A DNA stretch of 63,617 nt. Origin: an uncultured Methanosarcinales archaeon (lineage in GTDB: Archaea; Nanobdellota; Nanobdellia; Woesearchaeales; WJKL01). How positions within the stretch are numbered: position 1 is the stretch's first letter; each line of letters starts with the position of its first letter. Positions 38,219 through 46,400 of this stretch are shown in pieces. Under the pieces are notes generated by a model. That model made no database searches. It saw only the letters and a program-made list of their open reading frames with translations, and had not been told where the DNA came from. Location: contig CAZFSZ010000003.1 of the NCBI GenBank assembly GCA_964521755.1, positions 1 through 63,617 on the forward strand, given 5' to 3'. A program made the translations under genes and the position numbers.

Positions 38219-39724
38219 TTAAATAACTGTTATTTCCCTATAAATTATTCTTCTCATATCATCATTGCTAAAACTTAGCTTTATTGTATATGTTCCCTGT
38301 TCTGCATATTCTGGTATTCTTAGCTGAAGGTTCTTTGAGGTTTCATCTCCATTGTTAAGGTTAAATGATCCGCTCATATCCCTTACTGCTAGTTTCTGTA
38401 TGCTTGCACTTATCTTAATATTTTCCAGATCATTTGTTCCTATATTCTCTACACTTGTTCTTATTCTTACTATATCTCCTGCCGGCATATACTCATCACT
38501 GCTTATCTTTGCTCTTACTGCAAGTTTGTTGTCTATGATTATTTCTTCATCATCTACATCATCATCATCTTCTACAATAATTGTATATGGCTGGCTGTCG
38601 CTTCCTCCATTGCCGTCTTCAACAATTACAGTAACATCATATTCTCCTTCTTCCTCAGGAACCCATTCTATCAAACCTGTTTCAGAATCAATAGTCATCT
38701 CTTGTGGTGATTCTGTTAGTGAGTATGTTAAATTATCTTCAAATTTGCCAATAAAAAAATCTACTTGATCTCCTGTAACTTCTCCTGCTTCTTCTATTAT
38801 TATGTCATTTACACCAATTACTGTACCATCTAACAATACAAACATATCTCCTTCTCCTAAATTATTGGTTAATTCACCATTAACCTCAAATTTAACTTCT
38901 GGAGAATTTCTATCAATATAATTTACTTTAACTTGGTAATTTTTTCCATCACACAAACCACTACTGGTTTCCCCTTGCTCCAAAACATCACTAAAACATT
39001 CAGATAGACTATTATTATCTGGATCATACGCATCAACATCATAATTATATCTCATTCCAACATCAGCTTCAGTTACAGGTCTTGAGGTTATTACAGGATT
39101 ATTATTATCTTCATCATCATCGCCATCATCAATTACTTCAATATTAATTCTGTCTGTATCAGTTTTTCCATCATCATCAGTTACTGTCAGTCTGATAGTA
39201 TAGACTCCTTCATCTGTATATACATGTTCTACATTAACTCCATTTCCAGAGCTTTCATCTCCAAAATCCCATTCATAGCTTACAATATCTCCGTCAGGGT
39301 CATAAGAACCGCTTCCGTCAAATACGATATTTTCATTGATCTCTGCAGAATCAACTGCTTCTATGTTTGCGATTGGTGGAAATTCATCAGGGATGTCAGG
39401 ATCATCGTCATCTCCGATTGGCCCGTCAAATGGTCCCGGACCTGGTCCTTCATCATCAATAGGTGTAAAATCATCATCTCCTTCAAAATCATAATCATCA
39501 TCACTCCAGTCATCAGTATCATCTACCCAGTCATCTGTTTCATCACTCCAGTCATCAGTATCATCTTCCCAATTATCTGTTTCATCACTCCAGTCATCAG
39601 TATCATCTTCCCAGTCATCTACCTCTCCATTTGGAATGATAGAATCCCAGCTTCCCATAAATCCTGCAGCTATAGAACTAATTAGACAAACTGCCATGAT
39701 TATTGCTAGGATTATTTTTTTCAT
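38219..39724 (-). CDS. secreted highly acidic protein with DDW repeats, a PKD domain and a CARDB-like C-terminal domain
   Basis: Signal peptide, (E/D)TDDWxDDTDDWSD repeats, PKD signature FDGSGSYDPDGDIVSYEWDFGD. The C-terminal module RIPEYAEQGTYT is shared with the neighbouring gene (RIPECAEAGEYT). Confidence 0.65.
   Translation of the reverse strand: MKKIILAIIMAVCLISSIAAGFMGSWDSIIPNGEVDDWEDDTDDWSDETDNWEDDTDDWSDETDDWVDDTDDWSDDDYDFEGDDDFTPIDDEGPGPGPFDGPIGDDDDPDIPDEFPPIANIEAVDSAEINENIVFDGSGSYDPDGDIVSYEWDFGDESSGNGVNVEHVYTDEGVYTIRLTVTDDDGKTDTDRINIEVIDDGDDDEDNNNPVITSRPVTEADVGMRYNYDVDAYDPDNNSLSECFSDVLEQGETSSGLCDGKNYQVKVNYIDRNSPEVKFEVNGELTNNLGEGDMFVLLDGTVIGVNDIIIEEAGEVTGDQVDFFIGKFEDNLTYSLTESPQEMTIDSETGLIEWVPEEEGEYDVTVIVEDGNGGSDSQPYTIIVEDDDDVDDEEIIIDNKLAVRAKISSDEYMPAGDIVRIRTSVENIGTNDLENIKISASIQKLAVRDMSGSFNLNNGDETSKNLQLRIPEYAEQGTYTIKLSFSNDDMRRIIYREITVI
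39499..39620 (-). repeat. 42-nt in-frame tandem repeat, about 2.9 copies
   Basis: catcactccagtcatcagtatcatct[a/t]ccca[g/a]t[c/t]atctgttt at 39499-39540, 39541-39582 and 39583-39620. It encodes the DDW acidic repeat. Confidence 0.85.
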
Positions 39725-39766
39725 TTTCTTGTTTTTTAATTAATTAAGTAAAAAAATAAAAATAAT

Positions 39767-40624
39767 TTATTTTTTCCCGTATTTAGGTGCTTCAAGATCA
39801 GTTATGCTCTCTAAGTAGCCATCTTCTATGTTTCTTTTTGGTTCCCCAAATACAGTTGAAGTTGCTGAAATTATTTCATAGTTTCCATTGTTGCCGTCTT
39901 TAAGATTTGAAAGATATTTTCCATCAAAGTCCCTTGATTCTGAATTATATTCTCCTTTTTCAGAAAGTTTAACAAGGTCTTCAAATGTTATTGTTACTCC
40001 AGGCATATCTCCTGTTCCGTCTGCTTCAGGCATCTCTTCAAATCTGTTTTCAAGTAATGCACTGTAATCTTTCTGCCCTAAAATTTCTTTTATATCATTG
40101 AATTTAATTCCACTGATAGTGATTCTGTTTCCTTCACTTGATCCAACTCCCCTATGTTTTCCATCATAATTAATGTGCATCATTATTCCTAGATCTACTT
40201 CTGCATTCTGATAGAAATCTTCTTCTAATGCATTATACAATGCTTCCATTTTATTTATGTTTTCTTTTGCTTCTTTGTTTCCAATACCATCTGCAATTGA
40301 AGGATGTCCTTTGATTTCACTTATTCTTTTTTTGATAGATTTAAGTGCACTTTCAGGGATATATCCGCCTAGTTCATAACCTTCTATTGTGTTCCATACA
40401 TCATTATACCCTGCTTCTGATATTTGTTTTTCTAATTTACTTTCAGTTTCATCATCACTTTTTTTTGTTTCTGTTTTTTCTTCTGCTTTTATTTCTTTTT
40501 TGACTGCTGGTTTGTTAAGTTCTTTTTCTTCTTTACCATTTCCAGCATAGATTAAAGTTCCAACAGCTGCTAATCCTGCTAATGCAGTAGTGCCGACCCA
40601 TCCTAAAATTTTTTTATTGACCAT
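39767..40624 (-). CDS. N-terminally membrane-anchored hypothetical protein
   Basis: TM helix ILGWVGTTALAGLAAVGTLIYAG, a K/E linker, then a ~200-aa acidic domain with no recognised motif. Confidence 0.5.
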   Translation of the reverse strand: MVNKKILGWVGTTALAGLAAVGTLIYAGNGKEEKELNKPAVKKEIKAEEKTETKKSDDETESKLEKQISEAGYNDVWNTIEGYELGGYIPESALKSIKKRISEIKGHPSIADGIGNKEAKENINKMEALYNALEEDFYQNAEVDLGIMMHINYDGKHRGVGSSEGNRITISGIKFNDIKEILGQKDYSALLENRFEEMPEADGTGDMPGVTITFEDLVKLSEKGEYNSESRDFDGKYLSNLKDGNNGNYEIISATSTVFGEPKRNIEDGYLESITDLEAPKYGKK

Positions 40625-40641
40625 TTTTTATCTCCTCCAAA

Positions 40642-41583
40642 TTAAAATTTTCTCCTGTAAAAGCCTTTGAATCTTCCCCCAAAACCTTGTTCGTCTTGGT
40701 AGAATCCTTCTAATCCAATGCCCCAGTGATTGTTGAATATTTTTGTGAATCTGACCTCTAATCCAATATCATTCTCTGTTTCTCCGTCAAAACCTTTTTC
40801 ATTTTCATTATATAATCCGATTAAAAGGTCATAATCTTTTCCTAATAATCCTCCATAGACAGAGACAATATCTTTTTTTGAATCACCTATTGATTCAAAA
40901 TCTGTTTTAAGCCTGTCAAAATCAATACCAGCATAGAAATCATTAAAAAATTTTTTGAATCCTAATGTAAGTGCGCTTTCTTTGTAGTCTTTTTCTTCAC
41001 CATAATCAAACTCTCCATCGCCTTGATTATAGCTGACAAATCCTTTCCAGCCATCTCCAATAAATTTAGCTCCAATTCCCAATTTGTCAACATCCATATC
41101 TTCTATTGGATAATTGTCAAATTCTGTTTTGGCTTTTCCCAATCTAACTACAGAATTTATCTTTCCCCAGTCAAATTCAAAAGGATGATAAGCTGCAGCT
41201 TGATATCCTTTTTCATTAAAATCAACTTTTCCCATATTTTCAGTATCTTGTGTTCCTCTTGTATTATATGCAAAAAAACCAAGCGGTCTGCTGCTTATCT
41301 TAGCAGAAGCATTTATAGCATTGTAATCTTCTGCTCCAACTGCTTGTAATTTAGCTAAAAGATCAAAACCATCTGTAAAAAATTCAGGAGATTCTGCTTC
41401 CTGCATTGTTTCTCTTCTTTCAGCAGGCTCTTCAGCATGAACACTTTCATTTGCCAAAAAAGGAACCCAAGCAGGTGCTGTAATCAAAGCATATCTTCCA
41501 AAATTCTTAGATGTATCTATAACTTTAGAACATGATTTTTTTACGATATCTGTTAGTTTATGTGTCATCTTATTTTTCCTCAT
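40642..41583 (-). CDS. secreted beta-strand-rich protein with outer-membrane-barrel-like features
   Basis: Signal-like YALITAPAWVPFLANESVHA. There are repeated amphipathic G/Y/F/D/N-rich strands (IGLEVRFTKIF, WGIGLEGFYQ, LGIGAKFIG, GFVSYNQG), a terminal Phe (GFYRRKF) and no TM helix. Confidence 0.45.
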   Translation of the reverse strand: MRKNKMTHKLTDIVKKSCSKVIDTSKNFGRYALITAPAWVPFLANESVHAEEPAERRETMQEAESPEFFTDGFDLLAKLQAVGAEDYNAINASAKISSRPLGFFAYNTRGTQDTENMGKVDFNEKGYQAAAYHPFEFDWGKINSVVRLGKAKTEFDNYPIEDMDVDKLGIGAKFIGDGWKGFVSYNQGDGEFDYGEEKDYKESALTLGFKKFFNDFYAGIDFDRLKTDFESIGDSKKDIVSVYGGLLGKDYDLLIGLYNENEKGFDGETENDIGLEVRFTKIFNNHWGIGLEGFYQDEQGFGGRFKGFYRRKF

Positions 41584-41687
41584 AAGTTGTGATTACTACA
41601 TGGTAGTAGTGGTTATATATAAACCTTACGGTTTTTTGAGCATTTTTAAATGGTAAATCTATCAAGAATCTCTTTTTTATAATAAAA

Positions 41688-41806
41688 TGGGGATGCTGGG
41701 ATTCGAACCCAGATCTGGTGGTATATCCCAGGTATAATTCATCGTCTTTAGACTCATCGCTCCATGACTGGAGCCACCCATTCTAGCCAGGTTATACTAC
41801 ATCCCC
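41688..41806 (-). tRNA. tRNA-Trp (CCA) with a 45-nt intron at canonical position 37/38
   Basis: Acceptor GGGGATG/CATCCCC, anticodon stem GGTGG/CCACC with loop CTCCAG|A, T arm CTGGG-TTCGAAT-CCCAG. No encoded CCA. The D stem is weak. Confidence 0.82.
41723..41767 (-). other. tRNA-Trp intron (BHB)
   Basis: 3-nt bulges AG|U and AU|A are separated by the U33-A, C34-G, C35-G helix. The inner helix is CA.GG/CC.UG. Confidence 0.7.
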
Positions 41807-41820
41807 TTATGGTAAGTAAA

Positions 41821-41828
41821 TTTATATA
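41821..41828 (+). promoter_or_regulatory. TATA box (TTTATATA) for rtcA
   Basis: 24-31 nt upstream of the ATG at 41852. Confidence 0.4.
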
Positions 41829-41831
41829 CTA

Positions 41832-41839
41832 TTTATAAA
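41832..41839 (-). promoter_or_regulatory. TATA box (TTTATAAA) for tRNA-Trp
   Basis: 26-33 nt upstream of the tRNA 5-prime end at 41806. Confidence 0.45.
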
Positions 41840-41851
41840 TATTCCTACTAT

Positions 41852-42898
41852 ATGCTCAAAATAGATGCAAGTCATGGAGAAGGCGGCGGACAGATTATCA
41901 GGACAGCTCTAGCTTTATCAACAATAACCGGAAAGCCGTTTGAAGCAAAAAACATAAGACACGGAAGAAAGGTCTCTGGATTAAAAGCTCAGCACATCAA
42001 ATGTGTTAAAGCATTAGAAAAATTAGCCAATGCCAAATCTAAATATACTATAATAGGCTCAGAGATTCTAAAGTTTACCCCAGGAAAAATCCGTCCGCAA
42101 ACATTAACTATAGATATAGGAACAGCCGGCTCTATCTCTCTTTTGCTTCAATCCCTCTTGCTCCCATGCATCTCAGCAGAGGACAAGATAATCCTAAAGA
42201 TAAAAGGAGGAACTTCTGGAAAATGGGCTATGCCTTACGATTTCTTGGCCAATGTGTTAATCCCCCAAATTAAAAGATTTACAGAATCAACAGATATAAA
42301 ACTGGAAAAAAGAGGATATTATCCAAAAGGCGGCGGAAAGATAATCCTAAAGATAAAACCTCTGGAAAAAAAGGAATTTCCCAGGATAAACAATTTAAAT
42401 CAGGAAAATCTGATCCAGATAAAGGGGATCTCTCACGCATCCAATCATCTTCAGGATGCTGAAGTAGCTGAAAGAACAGCAAAGTCAGCAAAAATTTTAC
42501 TCTCAAAATTTGATGCCCCTATTAATATACAAAAAGAATATGCAGACACCCTATCCCTGGGATCAGGGATTACCCTATGGGCAGTATTCTCCAAAGAAAA
42601 AAATGAGATAAATGTAAAAGACCCAATTATATTAGGGGCAGATTCTTTGGGAGAAAAAGGAAAAAAATCAGAAAAAGTTGGCAAAGAAGCAGCAAATAAA
42701 TTAATCAAAGAAATTGAATCAAAAGCCCCTGTTGATAAACACACCGCAGATAACTTAATTCCATTCTTGGCAGTAGCAGGAGGAAAAATAAAAGTATCAA
42801 AGATAACAAACCACACAAAAACAAATATCTGGGTATGCGAGCAGTTTCTTGACAAAAAATTCAATATAGACGAAGAAAACAACATCATTTCTGTTTAA
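41852..42898 (+). CDS. rtcA: RNA 3-prime-terminal phosphate cyclase
   Basis: HGEGGGQIIRTALALS N-terminal motif and a conserved His context (DKHTADNLIPF). 348 aa. Confidence 0.92.
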   Translation: MLKIDASHGEGGGQIIRTALALSTITGKPFEAKNIRHGRKVSGLKAQHIKCVKALEKLANAKSKYTIIGSEILKFTPGKIRPQTLTIDIGTAGSISLLLQSLLLPCISAEDKIILKIKGGTSGKWAMPYDFLANVLIPQIKRFTESTDIKLEKRGYYPKGGGKIILKIKPLEKKEFPRINNLNQENLIQIKGISHASNHLQDAEVAERTAKSAKILLSKFDAPINIQKEYADTLSLGSGITLWAVFSKEKNEINVKDPIILGADSLGEKGKKSEKVGKEAANKLIKEIESKAPVDKHTADNLIPFLAVAGGKIKVSKITNHTKTNIWVCEQFLDKKFNIDEENNIISV

Positions 42899-42918
42899 CC
42901 TTTAGAAACAGTAACATT

Positions 42919-42926
42919 TTTAAATA
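42919..42926 (+). promoter_or_regulatory. TATA box (TTTAAATA) for the Zn-ribbon/aEF-1beta pair
   Basis: 24-31 nt upstream of the ATG at 42950. Confidence 0.4.
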
Positions 42927-42949
42927 TCTTATTAACATTACATCTTACT

Positions 42950-43120
42950 ATGGAAAAATTAACATGCAATTCATGCAAGAAAAGAATAACAAATAAACCA
43001 GGTTCAGCTGCATTCAAATGTCCTGCATGCGGAAAATCCACAATTGTCCGTTGCAAGCACTGCAGAGAGATAGTTGCAAAATATACCTGCCCTGAATGTG
43101 GTTTTACAGGACCTAATTAA
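42950..43120 (+). CDS. small double Zn-ribbon protein (the type usually found next to aEF-1beta)
   Basis: My translation: MEKLTCNSCKKRITNKPGSAAFKCPACGKSTIVRCKHCREIVAKYTCPECGFTGPN, with four CxxC pairs. Below the ORF-track size cutoff. Confidence 0.65.
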   Translation: MEKLTCNSCKKRITNKPGSAAFKCPACGKSTIVRCKHCREIVAKYTCPECGFTGPN

Positions 43121-43134
43121 AGAGGTAATATAAA

Positions 43135-43413
43135 ATGGCAAACGTTGTTGTAACATTAAAGATAATGCCTGAATCTCCTGAAGTAGATTTAAACAAGATA
43201 GAGGCAGATGCAAAAAAGAAGATTATTGATTTTGCAGGAGAAGGAGAGATAAAATCAGAGCAGGTGCCTGTAGCATTTGGATTAAAATCACTAAATATGA
43301 TATTTGTTATGCCTGAAGACAAAGGTTCTACTGAGCCTATAGAAGACGCAGTCGGAGACATCAAGGGCGTCCAGTCAGTAGAGGTTTCTGATGTCAGAAG
43401 AGCTGTAGGTTAG
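43135..43413 (+). CDS. ef1b: elongation factor 1-beta (aEF-1beta)
   Basis: MANVVVTLKIMPESPEVDLNKIE... with the typical ~90-aa length. AGAGGT SD upstream. Confidence 0.9.
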   Translation: MANVVVTLKIMPESPEVDLNKIEADAKKKIIDFAGEGEIKSEQVPVAFGLKSLNMIFVMPEDKGSTEPIEDAVGDIKGVQSVEVSDVRRAVG

Positions 43414-43440
43414 GATTGATTTTTCTGCTTGTATAAAATA

Positions 43441-46400
43441 TCATTTAGTATTTTTCTTGTTCATTTCTTTCTTTAGATAACATTTCTCAGCAAAAGCAGC
43501 TATCTCAGCTTCTAGGTTGGGAAGTTCAGATTCTCCAAAAACAGCGTCCATAAAAGGTATTATCTTTTCATCCTTTGTTTTTGCTTTTAATCTCTTGTTC
43601 TGTATTATAGATTGTATCTTTGAGGTTGCCAGTGTTTCCTGCATGCATCCAAAAGGCCCCACATGGTAGATCCCGCAGATATCATTTAATTTTCCTTTAG
43701 AAAACAGATATGTTTCACTTATAGAAAGCACACTTTCTCCTCCAACTCTTTTTTCATATACAAGTTCTTTCTGAGCATTGTTTATCATCGATTTTGGGTC
43801 ATGAGGTTTTCTTCCCTCTAGAAAATCTGAGACCGGAGCATATAATCTTTCATTTAATCCTTTCATATACCTTCCCTTTAACACAGAAGCAACATATCCT
43901 TTCCAGTCTTTCCTTTCCTTGTATTTTTCTATACTGTCTTTATTTACATATTCAAGCCACTGACTGGGCATACCAAGTATAACCTCTAACCCGTATTTTT
44001 CAAGAAGCCTTATTGATGCCTGATTTGCCATCTCATGGCATCTTACAAATATTTCTCCGTTCATCACAACCACAGGTTTCCTTTCTATACTTTTGTCTAT
44101 TATATTCTCAAAATTTTCCGCAGCATTCTTCATGAATTCCCTCAGCTCTTTTGTTTTCCCTCCTTTTTCAACTATTTTGTACAGCTTTTTCTTTAACTTT
44201 TCATATTCTTTGTCAGCAAGCTTTCTTTCCTTCTCATAAGGCCTTGTTCTCAACAGCATATCATATAATATATCACTGCAGAAGCTTCCTTTGTAAAACA
44301 ACGCAGATAACTTTGCCAGCTCTAGTTTAGATACAGGAACATTTGTATAGTCAACCTCACAGTCAGGAGATATGACCGGCACATCTTTAAAGCCGTTCTT
44401 ATCAAAAAACTTCCTCATCATCACATGATACTGCCCCTGTCTGCACGGCCCTTTTGTCTGTGGTTCAAATACTGCTGCCTTTTTATTTGGGTCAATCCCT
44501 TTTTTTGATAGCCCATAAAGCCATGCAAGATGATCTCCTACCTGGAATGAAAAAGGCCTGCATGTGTTTGTACTTACAAATTTTCTTGCCATCTCCTGTG
44601 ATTTTTCTGTTCTTGTAGGCATTACTTCTGAATTAAATCCTCTTGCCCTGAATGAAGCAGCAAGTACATTTGAATCATCCCCCATATAAGGGATACCTAT
44701 AATCCTATTTTTCATCTCAGCTTCAGGTATATTGTTGTAAAAATCACATATCTCAACTTTTTTTGGAGTGTGTTTTTTAACAACCTCCCAGTTAGCCAAA
44801 GTTCTTGTTCCAAACTGTGCATTGCTGTTGTGCCCGTCTGTCTGCAAAACCAGATAAGGTTTCTCAGCCTTGTTTATTATTTCCTCTTCATGATAAAGCA
44901 GCAGAGAGTCAGTTCCGCAGTTAAAATTAGTCTCTCTTACAGGATACATCAGAGGGTCCATCGCAGTCATAAGATTATATTTTATCATGCTCTGCCCCTG
45001 ATACCAGTACATGTTGTCAGCTATCTTAGATAAATCAATTTCAGGAGCTTTCAAAAAGAATGAAGGTATAAAATGAAGCCCGTAAGAGGCAAACAATTCA
45101 TGCACTTTTGAGCTTGCCTTGTCATCTAATATAGTATATCCTCTTCCTATTCCTATAAATATCTTTTCTCCTTTTTCTTTCAGATTATCAACAAGCTTCT
45201 TTCCTGTTGAATACACCTTTTCCAGAAATTCCTTTTCAGCTTTTTTTGCATCTTCAACAGCTTTCTTGACTTTCTCAATGCTGAATCTTTTATCAAAAAC
45301 CCGGTTTAAGTCATTTAGGATGTCTTTTTCAATCTTGTTGTCTGGATCATCAAAGTTTATCACAGGAAGCAGAACATCATCATTATCAAGGCTTAGCGCA
45401 TCTTTTATCAAAAAACCGCTTCCCCCCACATAAGGGCAGAACCTGTATTTCTTTTTTCCAGAACCTATAGTATTTACTAAAAATATCTTATTCCTTCCTT
45501 TTCTTAGATATCTTTTCAGATAAGCACAATGTCCATATGCTAATTTGATGGGATAACATGTTTCAGGATGCGCATGGTTTATTCCAAGATTTGCAATCTC
45601 ATCGTCTGATTCAGGGCTTATCCCTATATCAAACCCAAGCTTATTGTACAATGCTGTATAAAAAACACCTTTTTCATTCAAAAAAGTAAGGCTTCTTGGA
45701 ATCAATATCCTTTCATTGCCTTCTTTATTTTCTTCCAGATTAATACTGTATTTTTCAAGATGTTTGTTTAATATCTTTTTGTACATCTCAACATAATTCA
45801 GGGTTTTTTTAACATAAGTTGATGTATTTCCTTTTGGACACAAGCCCCCTGAATAGATAACATCATCTCCTATCTTATAAACCTGAAGCTTGCAGTCCCT
45901 TACTCCGCAGGTATCATCTACAATCCTGCTGCAGTTCTCTATTTTTTTCTCAAACTTCATGTCAGCGATATCCAAACCCCTAAATTTACTTTCAAATGAA
46001 ATGTCTTCTTTTTTCAGCCTCTCAATCTCATCATACACAGCAATCACAGCACCCAATGCCCCAAAAAGCTGCCTGTGAGGAAAAGCATGTATCTCCATAC
46101 CTGAATGCAATGCCAGTGCAGCCAAACATGATTTTCCGTTGAAAGGCCCCCCTTGTGCAGAGGCATAATCCCCAAATTTCTCATTTCCTACAAACTTGTT
46201 GACATAACCCCCCATAAATCCAAAGGCGATGGCAGCTGCTATCTCTTCTTTAGGAAACCCCATTGCTATAAGTTTTGAGATTCCTGCTTCTGTAAAAACT
46301 CCGCAGGTTTCATCTACAACAGGGGTTTTTTTTGCTTTTAGTGCATATTCATGGAATGTTGTCTTGATATCAAGTCCTACCATCTCAACCATGTTGTGCA

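Noticed and set aside
38352-39685. Long plus-strand ORFs (38352-38768, 39224-39685). Many other track ORFs are antisense to strong genes, for example 9-227, 2245-2505, 14310-14594, 41023-41349, 42451-42888, 43113-43364, 50362-50694, 52987-53289 and 54011-54487.
   Set aside because: They are shadow frames of well-supported genes on the opposite strand. They have low-complexity or hydrophobic junk composition and no start signals.
40642-41583. Treating the OMP-like protein as evidence that this stretch is bacterial contamination or a chimeric contig.
   Set aside because: It is flanked within 100 nt by a BHB-intron tRNA and within a few kb by AglB and aEF-1beta. It shares the same AT-rich composition and TATA-type promoter. 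Nothing in the sequence marks a junction.
41723-41767. Possible box C/D guide RNA inside the tRNA-Trp intron, as known for some euryarchaeal pre-tRNA-Trp. GCGATGA and ACGATGA resemble C/C-prime boxes.
   Set aside because: There is no CUGA D or D-prime box. Only 7-8 nt lie between the candidate boxes, too short for a guide. The exon-complementary UGGAG lies on the wrong side of the C-like box. The 45-nt intron is too small for a functional C/D sRNA.
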